DNA of 64,000 nucleotides from an uncultured Pseudomonadota bacterium (GCA_963799725.1 CAWCYJ010000025.1:61840-125839), one strand, 5' to 3'; counted from the first letter of the stretch, positions 21,227 through 32,182 are shown. The notes: a model not told the origin generated them from the letters alone. Translations and numbers: made by a program.

Positions 21227-22363
21227 CTACTGGATGACGAGAGGGATCGTGCGCTGAGTCCGAATGCTGATCTGAGCTGCGGTCTTTTGGGAGATCGATT
21301 CGAATGCCGCCGTCTCAACCGAGTCGGGGGCAAAGATTGATACCGGAATGCCTGCATCTCCACTCTCACGAAGTGAAGGGTTTAGTGGAACAGCGCCAAG
21401 GAATGGAACCTTCATCGCACCCGCTACTGCCTGGACCCCGCCGGCGCCAAATACGTCAAGGTTGTGGCCGCAATTGGGACAGCAGGATGCACTCATGTTC
21501 TCGACCATGCCAAGGATAGGTACGTGAAGCTGCCGGAACATTTGGAGTGCCTTGGTAGCGATTCCAAGTGCCACGTCCTGCGGAGTCGAGACGATGACCA
21601 CACCGCTTAACGGGATGAGCTGGACCAAGCTAAGCTGCGCGTCACCGGTGCCGGGTGGAAGGTCCACGACCATATAGTCGAGCTCTCCCCACTTCACATC
21701 CTCCAGCATTTGCTTCAATGCATGGCCGATCATGGGGCCTCGCCACATGACTGGCTTATCCCCGGCGATGAATCCAAGTGATATCAGCTTGACGCCATAC
21801 GCTTCGTTTGGGACCATCTTCGCTTCTTCAGCTCGGATACCTTCATGGACGCCCATAAGTTGCGGAATACTTGGTCCATAGACATCCGCGTCGAGCAAAC
21901 CAACCGACGCTCCCGACTGCGCCAGTGCAACCGCAAGGTTTGCGGCTACTGTCGATTTCCCGACGCCTCCCTTACCGCTTCCCACCGCGATTACGTGCTT
22001 GACCTCGGGAAGCTGAACCTGGTGGCCATTGCCGCCCGACACCGATTTCTGTACCTGTGCGCTCATGTTCACGTGAACCGACGCAACACCGGAAATCCCT
22101 TCCACGGCCTCGCGAGCAGATGCCTCGAACTGATTTCGGACGGGACAAGCCGGGGTTGTCAGCTCGAAGGTGAAATGTACGGCACTGCCACCCGCATCGG
22201 GAACAATCTTTAGATCCTTAATCATTCCCAGTGATACGATGTCTTTATGTAAGTCGGGGTCTCGGATCTGGCTGAGCGCAGCGAGAACAAGCTCAGATGT
22301 GACGTGATTGTTCGATGAATCCGGCATAGATGCTGCCGGCGTGTGATCATTCTTGAAAGGCAC
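21227..22363 (-). CDS. apbC: Mrp/NBP35 family Fe-S cluster carrier ATPase (ApbC) with N-terminal DUF59
   Basis: ORF of 378 aa. Walker A GSGKGGVGKST. C-terminal CxxC. Confidence 0.9.
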   Translation of the reverse strand: MPFKNDHTPAASMPDSSNNHVTSELVLAALSQIRDPDLHKDIVSLGMIKDLKIVPDAGGSAVHFTFELTTPACPVRNQFEASAREAVEGISGVASVHVNMSAQVQKSVSGGNGHQVQLPEVKHVIAVGSGKGGVGKSTVAANLAVALAQSGASVGLLDADVYGPSIPQLMGVHEGIRAEEAKMVPNEAYGVKLISLGFIAGDKPVMWRGPMIGHALKQMLEDVKWGELDYMVVDLPPGTGDAQLSLVQLIPLSGVVIVSTPQDVALGIATKALQMFRQLHVPILGMVENMSASCCPNCGHNLDVFGAGGVQAVAGAMKVPFLGAVPLNPSLRESGDAGIPVSIFAPDSVETAAFESISQKTAAQISIRTQRTIPLVIQ

Positions 22364-22728
22364 GCAGTACTCCTATTGTCGAGCCAAGAAGGTAAGCAGT
22401 ACTAACGGCTTCTGCACCGCTCGCAAAGAATCATTCGGCTCGCGTGTACCTCATTCTAGACAACGGCCCAAACCCTTCCATTGCGAATCGGTACCTCTTG
22501 GGAACGCTAGGCGAGAGTCGTCATGACAGCTACACCGGACTTTCCATGCTTACTTCGGCTGGATCACCGGGCGAGGCCCGAATGAGCTGCTGCGATGATG
22601 CTTACAAACCGGGAGGTTCGTGACTTCTAGTCGGTTAGCTTTCTGGGTAGGATCGCACGCCATAAAGCAGTGCGACCCTACTCTCGAGATCCCCTCTAGC
22701 GGAGCTGCCTAAATCTGGCCCGGTTCAC

Positions 22729-23964
22729 CTATCTACGACGAATGAAGGCCGGAATATCAAGATCGTTCTCGTCATCCGAGTCATCGGGTTTCTCATATAA
22801 AGACTTCGTCCTCGGCGCTGTGGACCTCCGCTCGGTCTCCTGAGTCTCTTGACTCGCTCTCGAGCTTGACGCCGCCGGACGCTCGGCCTTTGGCTCCGAC
22901 TTCGATTGCTCTCGTGGTGCCGCCGCCTGTTGTTGACGGTTGCGCTCAAAAGCCGTGCGGTACTGACTTCGCTGCTGCGTCAAGGGCTGCTTGGTCTCAA
23001 AACCTGTTGCAATAACTGTGACCTGAATATCGTCCTTGAGGTTTTCGTCCATGACGGCACCGAAGATGATATTGGCGTCCGGATCGGCAGCTTCCTGAAC
23101 GATGCGGGCCGCTTCGCCCACTTCGTGGAGAGTGAAGTCCGAACCAGCGATGTTGAGAAGTACGCCTTTGGCGCCCGTGATCGAGACGTCCAGCAGCGGG
23201 CTGGAAATAGCGGCCTGGGCTGCCTCGACAGCTCGATTGTCGCCAGCAGCACGACCGATGGCCATGAGCGCAGAGCCGGCATGGGACATGATGGCTTTGA
23301 CATCGGCGAAGTCGACGTTTACCACGCCTGTCTCTGTGATCGTGTCGGATATGCCTTGGATGCCTTGATGGAGCACCTCGTCTGCCAGGGCAAACGCTTC
23401 AATCATGGAAAGCTTAGGATCCGCCAGACTAAGCAGCCTGTCGTTCGGAATAGTAATAAGCGTATCAACCCTTTCCTTGAGGTTGTTGATTCCCTCTTCG
23501 GCAGACTGCCGTCGCCGGCTGCCTTCGAAGGCAAAGGGACGCGTCACCACACCCACGGTTAGGGCGCCGACCTCTTTGGCGACCTGGGCGATGATGGGCG
23601 CCGCACCAGTTCCTGTACCGCCGCCCATTCCCGCCGTGATGAAGATCATATCGGCACCGCGCAGCGCCTCGTACAGCTCCTCACTGCTCTCTTCGGCCGC
23701 CTTTTGGCCGACGGCGGGGTTTCCCCCTGCGCCAAGACCACGTGTAAGCTTCTCCCCGATGTGAATACGCGTCTGAGTCGGGGATTGTAGCAATGCTTGG
23801 CTATCGGTGTTCACGGCGATCAGCTCGACGTTGGTGACTCCCGCCCGGGTCATTCGGTTGACGGCGTTGCTTCCGCCGCCTCCCACACCAACGACCTTAA
23901 TCACTGCCTGTTCAGGCAAGCCGCCGCCATCATTGCCGCGACCGAAGTGTCTCATATTGTCCAT
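22729..23964 (-). CDS. ftsZ: cell division protein FtsZ
   Basis: ORF of 411 aa with the tubulin signature [10 protein letters not shown] and a C-terminal DIPAFIRRR tail. Confidence 0.95.
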   Translation of the reverse strand: MDNMRHFGRGNDGGGLPEQAVIKVVGVGGGGSNAVNRMTRAGVTNVELIAVNTDSQALLQSPTQTRIHIGEKLTRGLGAGGNPAVGQKAAEESSEELYEALRGADMIFITAGMGGGTGTGAAPIIAQVAKEVGALTVGVVTRPFAFEGSRRRQSAEEGINNLKERVDTLITIPNDRLLSLADPKLSMIEAFALADEVLHQGIQGISDTITETGVVNVDFADVKAIMSHAGSALMAIGRAAGDNRAVEAAQAAISSPLLDVSITGAKGVLLNIAGSDFTLHEVGEAARIVQEAADPDANIIFGAVMDENLKDDIQVTVIATGFETKQPLTQQRSQYRTAFERNRQQQAAAPREQSKSEPKAERPAASSSRASQETQETERRSTAPRTKSLYEKPDDSDDENDLDIPAFIRRR

Positions 23965-24053
23965 TTTTCCCTCCGTGACGCGGATCGCGTCACTAACCCC
24001 TCACAAAATTGATCCACTCACTCGTTATGGAGCAATATAGCAGTGCCACAGAA

Positions 24054-25298
24054 TTATGGCAGGAACTCCCGGAGCCATCGACCCACTCGATTGCCGTTCG
24101 GCCTCCACTGGACGGAACCGCTGGAGACTGAGACTGAGGAAACGGGTTCGGCGTCCTTTCCTCCTGCCCATAGCAACAATCCAACGCTGGTGGCATAGGC
24201 TGGACGGGTCACAGTGTCAGTGAGTCCGACCACGCCGCTCGGCCGCCCCACTCGTACCGGCATACCGAGGATGTCTCGACCCAACTGACGAATATCGCGA
24301 AGCTCCGCTGTGCCACCCGTAAGAACCATTCCAGCCGGCAGTAATCGGAGGTAGCCCGCTCGATCGATTTCGCGCCGCACCAGTGCAAAGATCTCCTGCA
24401 CTCGCGATTCGATGATTTCCGCTATGAGGCGTTTCGAAACCTGCTCGCCTTCCTCGTTGTCGAAGGTCTTGAGCTCTACCGCGTCGCCGGGATCAATATC
24501 CCCCGTGATCGCAGTTCCGTATTTCAGCTTGACCTCTTCGGCAAGGGCAAATGGTGCACGGAGGCCAAGCGCCAGATCATTGGTGATGTGGTTACCTCCG
24601 ACGGCGATGGATGCTGTATGACAGACTCCCTGCTCGTGGAAGATAGCGATGTCGGTCGTGCCCCCGCCAATGTCGACGATTGCCACTCCCAGATCGCGTT
24701 CCGCCGGCGTCAGCACCGCTTCGGCTGATGCCAACGGCTGCAGCACCAGGTCATCAATCTGAATCCCTGCCCGCTTTACCGCTCTGACAAGGTTGTGGAT
24801 TGATGTTGTTGCTGCCGTTACGATGTGCATCTCAGCCTCGAGTCGGTGACCCGACATGCCAATTGGGTCGCGAACTCCTTCTTGACCGTCTAAGGTGTAG
24901 CCGCGAGGGATGACGTGGAGCACTTCACGATCGTGGCTCACGGCCTGAACGCGGGCCGCCTCCATCGCTCGGTCAACATCCGCATGGGCGATTTCGTTTG
25001 CCGTGGATGACACGGCAACGACTCCCCGCGTATTCAGACCTTGAATGTGTGCGCCGCTTACTCCCACGAACGCCGACTCGACACGATAACCTGACAGCCG
25101 GCCACATTGCTCGACAGCATCGCCGATGGCCCCGGCTACCTCATCGATATTCACCACGACGCCCTTGCGCATCCCCCTAGATTCAGAGGCTCCAACGCCG
25201 ACGATGTTCAAAGCTCTGCCAGGCTCGACCTCGCCGACAAGTGTGCAGACCTTGGTCGTGCCGACGTCTAGGGATATAACCGCGTGCTCTCGGGCCAT
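24054..25298 (-). CDS. ftsA: cell division protein FtsA
   Basis: ORF of 414 aa with actin-like ATPase motifs (ISLDVGTTKV; DIGGGTTDIA). Confidence 0.9.
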   Translation of the reverse strand: MAREHAVISLDVGTTKVCTLVGEVEPGRALNIVGVGASESRGMRKGVVVNIDEVAGAIGDAVEQCGRLSGYRVESAFVGVSGAHIQGLNTRGVVAVSSTANEIAHADVDRAMEAARVQAVSHDREVLHVIPRGYTLDGQEGVRDPIGMSGHRLEAEMHIVTAATTSIHNLVRAVKRAGIQIDDLVLQPLASAEAVLTPAERDLGVAIVDIGGGTTDIAIFHEQGVCHTASIAVGGNHITNDLALGLRAPFALAEEVKLKYGTAITGDIDPGDAVELKTFDNEEGEQVSKRLIAEIIESRVQEIFALVRREIDRAGYLRLLPAGMVLTGGTAELRDIRQLGRDILGMPVRVGRPSGVVGLTDTVTRPAYATSVGLLLWAGGKDAEPVSSVSVSSGSVQWRPNGNRVGRWLREFLP

Positions 25299-25314
25299 TA
25301 CTTAATACTCACTG

Positions 25315-26046
25315 TTAGGAGAAGGAGGCGTAGGGAGACCGGGATCGAAGATCAATCCAGGTAAGGTGGCGACCATCATGGGCAGTCGCCGCCAGGAACG
25401 CCTTCAACGTTGCAATTCGAGTGACAAGACGTCTTCCCGTAGGCCTACCCAACACCGCACCCCAACCTTGCTGTGAATGAATCATCAACCCCCGCGTCCT
25501 TCCGAGATTGAACCAACGAATCCCGGCTCGTGGAAGAGTTTGCTCAGTATACGGGACAGCCATGGCAATTCGTGGATCGATGTAGCCTCCGAGTCGAAAC
25601 TGCTGATGTGTGTTGTTGTCGACCACGGGTAGTGTGGTTCTCTGAGCTGAATCAACCAGCCTTCCATACTTGTCGACAAGATACAGCTTCCCCGATTGTC
25701 TCCAGCCGAAGATTGGTCGCGACATCTCGGCTCGGACAGTCACAACGTTTGGAAGCGAGACGTCCACTCCCAGAACAAGAATACTTGGGATTCGCTCAAG
25801 GCGCTGGACGATGCTCGCGGCTCTCACCGTGAAGACGTTGCGTCCAATAGCACCTGAGTCGTGAATCATTCGATTCGCGGGTAGATTGCCGCCCACAATC
25901 TGAACCTTCGCCACCCGAAATGACGGTAGTACGAAGGTGAGTGCCAATAGAGCCGCCGTGCCGGCAAAAAGGATGTAGCTAGCTAGCGGGATATGGCCAC
26001 GCCTGACCTCGCTTTCGACGGATCGTTCCTGTGCAACCGACGTCAT
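25315..26046 (-). CDS. ftsQ: cell division protein FtsQ/DivIB
   Basis: ORF of 243 aa with a single N-terminal TM segment and a POTRA-like region, positioned between murB and ftsA. Confidence 0.8.
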   Translation of the reverse strand: MTSVAQERSVESEVRRGHIPLASYILFAGTAALLALTFVLPSFRVAKVQIVGGNLPANRMIHDSGAIGRNVFTVRAASIVQRLERIPSILVLGVDVSLPNVVTVRAEMSRPIFGWRQSGKLYLVDKYGRLVDSAQRTTLPVVDNNTHQQFRLGGYIDPRIAMAVPYTEQTLPRAGIRWFNLGRTRGLMIHSQQGWGAVLGRPTGRRLVTRIATLKAFLAATAHDGRHLTWIDLRSRSPYASFS

Positions 26047-27029
26047 GCCGTCACCCCTTCAGCGGCTGGAACCTTTGCTGGCTCCGTCTGGTCCCAACGC
26101 CCCACCATTTGCACCTCCGGTTCCAGGTCGATATCGAATCGCTCCTTCACATGCCTCCTCGCGGCCTGAATTAGCTTGAAGACGTCATTGGCCCGTGCGG
26201 ATCCCTTGTTTACGATGAAATTCGCATGCTTGATTGAGAATTCAGCATCACCCATGCGGAGTCCTTTCAAGCCTGCCTGCTCTATAAGCGCGCCCGCACT
26301 TTGCCCGGAGGGATTCTTGAAGGTTGATCCTCCAGATGGCTCGGCGATAGGCTGCGTCTGCCGTCTCTTCTCCATCAGTGAATCGATCAGTGCCATGCTC
26401 TCCTTCGGGCTTGAGGGACGAACGCGAAACCAGCATCGGGTGATGACGATAGGGCTTTGGGCGATCGGGCTGTTCGCGCGCTTTAAGGAGCTCTCCCGGT
26501 ACCCGAACCGAAGATCGTTGTTGGTGAGCCGCACCATGCCGTCGGGTCCCACCGCTTCTGCCTCTATAAGAGACTTGGCGACGTCTCCCTCATGCGCTCC
26601 GGCATTGTTCACAACACTTGCGCCCACCGTTCCCGGAATTGCGACCCCCCACTCGAGGCCCGAAAATCCTCGTTTGGCAGCGAATCGAGCGACTCGAGCA
26701 AAGAACACCCCAGCACCCGACTCGACGCGTGGTTGCTGTTCATCATTCTCGAGTTTGAGGGTCTTGATCCTGTTGAGAACAACGAGACCTTCAATTCCCT
26801 CGTCGGCAACTAGGACATTGCTCCCTCCACCAAGGACGAGGCAGGGTATGCGGTCGCCTGCCTCGCAATATCCATCGCCGCTTGCAAAGAGCTGGCTTCG
26901 GTGGCGACAGCAAAGATGTCTGCCGAGCCGCCGACGCGCCAGCTCGTATGGTCGCGCATGGGTTCGTTGGCAGCCACCCTTGTCAGGCCAGCGTCCCGAA
27001 GCTCGTCTGAGAATGGCCTCAATGGGCAT
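26043..27029 (-). CDS. murB: UDP-N-acetylenolpyruvoylglucosamine reductase
   Basis: ORF of 328 aa with an FAD-binding domain (LGGGSNVLV) and GSTFKNP. Confidence 0.9.
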   Translation of the reverse strand: MPIEAILRRASGRWPDKGGCQRTHARPYELARRRLGRHLCCRHRSQLFASGDGYCEAGDRIPCLVLGGGSNVLVADEGIEGLVVLNRIKTLKLENDEQQPRVESGAGVFFARVARFAAKRGFSGLEWGVAIPGTVGASVVNNAGAHEGDVAKSLIEAEAVGPDGMVRLTNNDLRFGYRESSLKRANSPIAQSPIVITRCWFRVRPSSPKESMALIDSLMEKRRQTQPIAEPSGGSTFKNPSGQSAGALIEQAGLKGLRMGDAEFSIKHANFIVNKGSARANDVFKLIQAARRHVKERFDIDLEPEVQMVGRWDQTEPAKVPAAEGVTA

Positions 27030-28431
27030 GTAGGGCCCTTTCGCTCATCAATTGGAGAATCGTCTCCCCCATAGCGTTTACGTCTCCGGCCCCCATCGTA
27101 ACGATGACGTCTCCTGCGCGGGCAGAGTCGGCAACATAGTGAGCGGCTTCGGGTTTGGAATCGTAGTACTGCACATGGGCATTGATTGGGGCTATAGCCT
27201 CTGCGAGGCGCTCTCCCGATACTCCGGATATCGGCCTGTTCCCGGGCGGCGTATACATCTAGGATGATTGACTCGTCTGCCTCGGCAAGGGCTCTGCGCG
27301 AACTCCTCCAGCAGATGATTGCGTCCTGCTATATGTATGTGGCTGAAAGATGACCCGCAGCCGTCTTCCGGCTCCTTCCAAAGCCGAGAGACTTGCCCGA
27401 ACTTCTGTTGGATGGTGGGCGTAGTCATCGACAAGAGTTACGCCGTCCGTAACGCCCTTGATCTGAAGCCGTCGCTCGATCCCGCGAAAGGTCGTGAGTG
27501 GCTCTCTGAATTCGAGTGCATCCTTTCCAGTCATTGACACGGCGCCAGCTATCGCCGCCACAGCATTTTCCACATTGTGACGTCCAGGAATTTGCAACAG
27601 GTAAGAGCCAATGCGTTGCCCCTCTCGGCTGAGGCTAAATCTCGCTCCGTGCTTCTCTGTCCGAAGATCCGAAGCGACCCATGTCGCGTCTCGTTCCAGA
27701 GCGTAAGTCTCGACCGGAATCGATAAGTCAGACGTAATGCTTGTTACTCGGTCGAACGTGGAGGCAACGATCACGCGTTCCGTGGTCTGCTTGAGGAACA
27801 ACCTGTACGCTTCGGCCATATCGTCAAAATTCGCATAGCAGTCGGGATGGTCGAAGTCGAGGCTGGTGACAATTGAAACGGTTGGGTGAAGGTGCAAGAA
27901 GCTCCGGTCGTACTCATCCGCTTCCACGATAAAAAGGTCGTCCGACCCAGGGATGCATGGCCCATCAGAAGTGCCATCTTCTGATAGGACGAAACCACCG
28001 GTGAAGATGGTTGGGGCCGCTCCCACCGCTCGTAGCAGATGTCCCGTCATTGCTGAGGTAGTTGTTTTTCCATGTGTTCCAGCAACTGCTACCGACCGGC
28101 CCGAGCTGGCAATCGAACCAAGTAGCTCGGCTCGCTTGATGACAGGGATCCCCTGTTCCGATGCCGCGGTCACCTCGATATTTTGCTCGTCTGCAGCCGC
28201 GGTGGTGACAACGAGGTCCGCACCTTCTATGTTCTTGGATGCGTGTCCTATCGTCACGCCGATCCCCGCGTTCCTGGCCCTTTCGATCTGAGTTCCGTCG
28301 CGCAGATCCGAACCCGTGACCCGTATGCCCTTGTGAACCAAGTACTGGCCGATGGCGAGCATTCCTATGCCACCAGCGCCGACAAGGTGAACATGGTGAA
28401 CCCCACTCAGTGGACTGGCCGGAGCTCTCAT
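27019..28431 (-). CDS. murC: UDP-N-acetylmuramate--L-alanine ligase, disrupted by three closely spaced frameshifts near the C-terminus
   Basis: The N-terminal 390 aa (27259-28431) are intact up to FQPHTYSRT. The conserved continuation NHLLEEFAQS / LAEADESIILDVYAARE / PISGVSGERLAEAI is found successively in the other two frames and then back in the original frame (27019-27258). Confidence 0.85.
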
Positions 28432-29582
28432 GCTGCCCGAGCGGCCCGAAGCACCAGGGACCCAATCTCAGCGGCGGCCGATGGTCGGGATTTGGCTGCC
28501 ATGGCAGCCGACATCTGTTTCAACCTGTTGTCGTCTCCCATGAGCTCGAGAATGAGCTGAGAAAGGGATCCGGTCGCCGCGTCCTGGTTCGACAACACCA
28601 CGCAACCACCGTCTGAGCATAGGGCTCTGGCGTTCTCCATTTGGTTGACCCTAGCAGCGGGCAATGGGACCACTATTGCCGGAAGCGCTGCCGCCGGCAG
28701 CTCTCCAAGAATTGAGGCTCCCGCCCGGGTCACCGCCAGGTCGGCCGCGAACATGACCGTCGCAATCTGCTTCTCATCTACAGTTGGCACAAGCTCGTAA
28801 CGTCGAGCCAGTGACTCAGGCAGGGTCGCAGCTAATCGGGATGCCCGCTCCATATTGGATTTGCCGGCTATGTGATAAATCTTCGTCACCTCAAGCAAAT
28901 CAGGCAGTCTCAGCGCGATGGCCTCGTTGATTGCCTGTGCGCCAAGACTCCCACCCATCACGAGAAGCAGCCTGTCCTGTGGATCGAGGTTCAGCTCTAA
29001 GCGAGCTGACTCTCGACGTGTCGCTGCGAACGACTCTCTCACGGGATAGCCCGTCACGACCAGCGGAGATCCTGGACTGAAAAAAGGGCAGGTGTCGGAG
29101 GACGAAAGGGCGATTTGTCGAGCCAGACGAGAGGTCAAGCGAACGGTGAGCCCCGGCACGACGTCTGGAAGGAAGATCACGATGGGGACACGACGAATCC
29201 ATGCCGCTAGCGTCGCCGGGACGCTCACAAAGCCTCCCGTTGAGAAGAGCACGCTGGCTCGGAACTTCCCCAGGAGCTGCCAGGAAATGCGACTCGCTTG
29301 CAGCATGTCGAGTAGTGCTCGGGGCAACTTGAGAAATGAATCAGGAGTGGTCAGAGAGAGTGCCTCCAAGCGAACGCCCAAAGGAGGCACAGCCCGCTCT
29401 TCAATTCCCGACTTGATTCCTATATAGAGCACGTCATCGAAGTCAACCTTCTGCTCGAAGCCCGTCTTGTCGCCGCCTTGGCTGACCGATGCCAGGGCTT
29501 CGATCACCGCTACGGCGGGAAACACGTGGCCTCCGGTCTTCCCCCCGGTTACGGCGATCCTGATGGGTGGTCTCGTTGTCAA
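28428..29582 (-). CDS. murG: UDP-N-acetylglucosamine--N-acetylmuramyl-(pentapeptide) pyrophosphoryl-undecaprenol GlcNAc transferase
   Basis: ORF of 384 aa with the N-terminal IAVTGGKTGGHVFPA motif. Confidence 0.9.
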   Translation of the reverse strand: MTTRPPIRIAVTGGKTGGHVFPAVAVIEALASVSQGGDKTGFEQKVDFDDVLYIGIKSGIEERAVPPLGVRLEALSLTTPDSFLKLPRALLDMLQASRISWQLLGKFRASVLFSTGGFVSVPATLAAWIRRVPIVIFLPDVVPGLTVRLTSRLARQIALSSSDTCPFFSPGSPLVVTGYPVRESFAATRRESARLELNLDPQDRLLLVMGGSLGAQAINEAIALRLPDLLEVTKIYHIAGKSNMERASRLAATLPESLARRYELVPTVDEKQIATVMFAADLAVTRAGASILGELPAAALPAIVVPLPAARVNQMENARALCSDGGCVVLSNQDAATGSLSQLILELMGDDNRLKQMSAAMAAKSRPSAAAEIGSLVLRAARAA

Positions 29583-30750
29583 GGTCTGACCCTTTCGTTG
29601 GTTGCGCGCTTTGAGCGGCCGACTGACGCGAGATGTTCAAGAGGATTCCAACCGCGAGCATCGACACGATGAGAGAGCTACCGCCATAGCTGATGAATGG
29701 TAATGGAACACCTGTGAACGGAACGGTAGAAGTGATCACCGCAATGTTGAGGAAAGCCTGAACCACGATTGACCCCGTAAGCCCAACGGCAAGCAGCTTT
29801 CCAAAATCGTCAGGGGCGTTCATCGCAATTTTGAATCCTCTGTAAGCGAAGAGGACAAACAAGCCGACTATTGCGAGCGCGCCCATCAACCCCAGCTCCT
29901 CTGCGGTTACGGCGAAGATGCTGTCGGTGTAGGGTGCCGGAAGAAAGTACTTCTGCTGGCTATTTCCTAACCCGACTCCCGTTAGGCCGCCAAGACCCAG
30001 GGCGAGTAGAGCCTGAATTGTGTGATATCCAGTGCCGCTTGGATCCTTCCAAGGATTGAGCCAGGCAGAGAGTCTTCCGGCGCGATAGCTCTCGAAGTGC
30101 AGTGCCGCGATAGAGAGGAAGAATGCGGCAACTAACCCAACTCCGAAGTGATCGAGTCTGGCACCCGCTACCAGATAGACTCCCACCATTGCCAGAGCAA
30201 CCACGGCCGCCGTGCCCATATCCGGTTGCATCAAGATGAGCAGACAAACCAGGCCAAGAATAATCCCGAAAGGCATCGAACAGCTGTTGAAGCTCCGTAC
30301 CTTGTCACCCTTGCATGTGAGCCAGTGCGCCATGTAGATAGCCAGAGTAAGTTTTACGAGTTCACTCGGCTGAATCTGAATGAAGCTCGAGATTTGAAAC
30401 CAGCGCTGCGCGCCGTTTGATGAGTGGCCGACGTGGGGAAGGAGGACCGCGACAAGCAGGAACAGGCTTCCCGCAAAGAGGGGCGTCGATAAGCGTCGCC
30501 AGGTTGTATACGAGACTCGAATTCCAACGACCATGGCGACGAGTCCTGCCCCGATCCAGACGAGCTCTCGTTCAAGGAAGTAGTTCGGCCCGTAGTAATC
30601 GATGGCGACGACGATGCTTGAGCTGTACACCATGATCAGTCCCAGAAAAACCAGGGCCAGAACGGAAAACAACAGGTACGGGTCGTAACTTGAAGAAGCT
30701 CGCCGAATCCAACCTGACTCTGCTGGACGTGCTTCAGCGACTGCGGCCAT
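29443..30750 (-). CDS. ftsW: cell division protein FtsW (SEDS family)
   Basis: Ten TM segments and SEDS motifs. The start is inferred at the MAAVAE Met (30750), just overlapping the murD stop. The low-complexity C-terminal tail overlaps murG by 140 nt. Confidence 0.8.
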   Translation of the reverse strand: MAAVAEARPAESGWIRRASSSYDPYLLFSVLALVFLGLIMVYSSSIVVAIDYYGPNYFLERELVWIGAGLVAMVVGIRVSYTTWRRLSTPLFAGSLFLLVAVLLPHVGHSSNGAQRWFQISSFIQIQPSELVKLTLAIYMAHWLTCKGDKVRSFNSCSMPFGIILGLVCLLILMQPDMGTAAVVALAMVGVYLVAGARLDHFGVGLVAAFFLSIAALHFESYRAGRLSAWLNPWKDPSGTGYHTIQALLALGLGGLTGVGLGNSQQKYFLPAPYTDSIFAVTAEELGLMGALAIVGLFVLFAYRGFKIAMNAPDDFGKLLAVGLTGSIVVQAFLNIAVITSTVPFTGVPLPFISYGGSSLIVSMLAVGILLNISRQSAAQSAQPTKGSDLDNETTHQDRRNRGEDRRPRVSRRSGDRSPGIGQPRRRQDGLRAEG

Positions 30751-32182
30751 CAATCTCCTCCACGATGCGGCGGAATTCTGATCCCCGCTCCTCAAAATTT
30801 GAAAACATGTCATAGCTGGTGCAACCGGGGGCCAGGAGCACCGTGTCGCCCGGTCGGGCAGATGCCATCGCTGCGGAGACCGCATCCTCCAGTCCGGATG
30901 CGTAGATGATCGGTGCCTCAATATCCGCATCGCGTGCAGCTTGCTGGATCTCTTGCGCGGCCTCTCCCAAGACGACCAGCGCTTTTGCCTTCGACTTGAA
31001 CGCCTCTATCATTGGCAGCCACGGCAGTCTCTTGGAACGGCCGCCGGCGATCAAGACGATCGGGGAAGCAGTTGCTTGAATTGCCACAGCGGCGCGATCT
31101 GGCGAGGTGGCGATTGAATCGTCCACGAAACTGACTTCTCCAATCCTCGCAACAAGCTCAAGCCTGTGAGGAAGTCCCCGAAAGCCTATGGTGCCTGCCC
31201 GCATTTCCTCCGTTGTCGCACCGAGGGCGGAGGTTGCAGCCAATGCTGCCGCCACGTTGTCCAAGTTGTGCCGGCCGGGAACCGGTACTTCCTCCTCAGC
31301 CAGCACTGCAACGTCTCCGCGTTTTCCAGCCAAAATCACCTGGCCGTCTAGAAGGTAAGCGCCTGGCGAAACCTTCTCCGTTCGGCTAAACCACATAACG
31401 CTACTGGTTGCTTCATGAGAAATCGAGACAAGAGCAGGGTCATTTGCATTGAAGATGGCGAAGTCGGTCGGAGACTGATACCGAACAATGTTGGCCTTCG
31501 CCTCGATATAGGCGGGCATGCTTCCATGACGGTCGAGATGGTTTGGGGCGATGTTGGTCATGACCGCAACATGCGGGCTTGAGCTCAAGCGCTCAAGCTG
31601 GAAGCTACTCAACTCGACAACCGCAATACTTGTGTGCTCCAGGTCGGCCAGCATGTCCAGCATGGGTTCGCCAATATTCCCTCCCAGCCGGACTTGGGTG
31701 GGACCGCATCGGAGTATGGCAGTGATAAGGGAAGCGGTCGTTGATTTTCCACTGCTTCCCGTGACTCCGACGATGGGGCATGGACAGCGATCGAAGAACA
31801 ACTGAGTGGCGTTTGTAACAGGTACCCCGAGTTGGGTCGCGGCGATTAGGATCGGGTTGTCAGACGGAATCCCAGGGCTCGTCACGATCACATCAACTCT
31901 TTCGACGACTCGCGGATCCTGTTCCCCGAGTATCAGCTCGAAGTCCAGAGCGTCGGTCGAATTCGTCGTCAGGTCCTGTTCAGTCCTGGCATCGACCGCG
32001 ACGACGCTACTCCCACTCTCGGAAAGGAAGCGGGCGGCGGAGCGGCCTTCACGTCCGAACCCGAGAACCAGAACTCGCTTCTGCTCCAGGTTCACCGAGG
32101 GTTTCCTGTCAGTGGCAGCAATGATAGTCATCTCAAATAAAGGCCAATGCGAGGCCGGCGACTCCAGCCAGCATGCTGACAA
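30734..32182 (-). CDS. murD: UDP-N-acetylmuramoylalanine--D-glutamate ligase
   Basis: ORF of 482 aa with VLVLGFGREG and the Mur ligase central domain GSSGKSTT. Confidence 0.9.
   Translation of the reverse strand: MSACWLESPASHWPLFEMTIIAATDRKPSVNLEQKRVLVLGFGREGRSAARFLSESGSSVVAVDARTEQDLTTNSTDALDFELILGEQDPRVVERVDVIVTSPGIPSDNPILIAATQLGVPVTNATQLFFDRCPCPIVGVTGSSGKSTTASLITAILRCGPTQVRLGGNIGEPMLDMLADLEHTSIAVVELSSFQLERLSSSPHVAVMTNIAPNHLDRHGSMPAYIEAKANIVRYQSPTDFAIFNANDPALVSISHEATSSVMWFSRTEKVSPGAYLLDGQVILAGKRGDVAVLAEEEVPVPGRHNLDNVAAALAATSALGATTEEMRAGTIGFRGLPHRLELVARIGEVSFVDDSIATSPDRAAVAIQATASPIVLIAGGRSKRLPWLPMIEAFKSKAKALVVLGEAAQEIQQAARDADIEAPIIYASGLEDAVSAAMASARPGDTVLLAPGCTSYDMFSNFEERGSEFRRIVEEIDGRSR

Noticed and set aside
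27259-27261. The in-frame TAG in murC as programmed readthrough or a recoded stop.
   Set aside because: The conserved MurC residues on either side are not in a single frame. Three frame changes are needed, so this is indel-type disruption, not stop-codon recoding.
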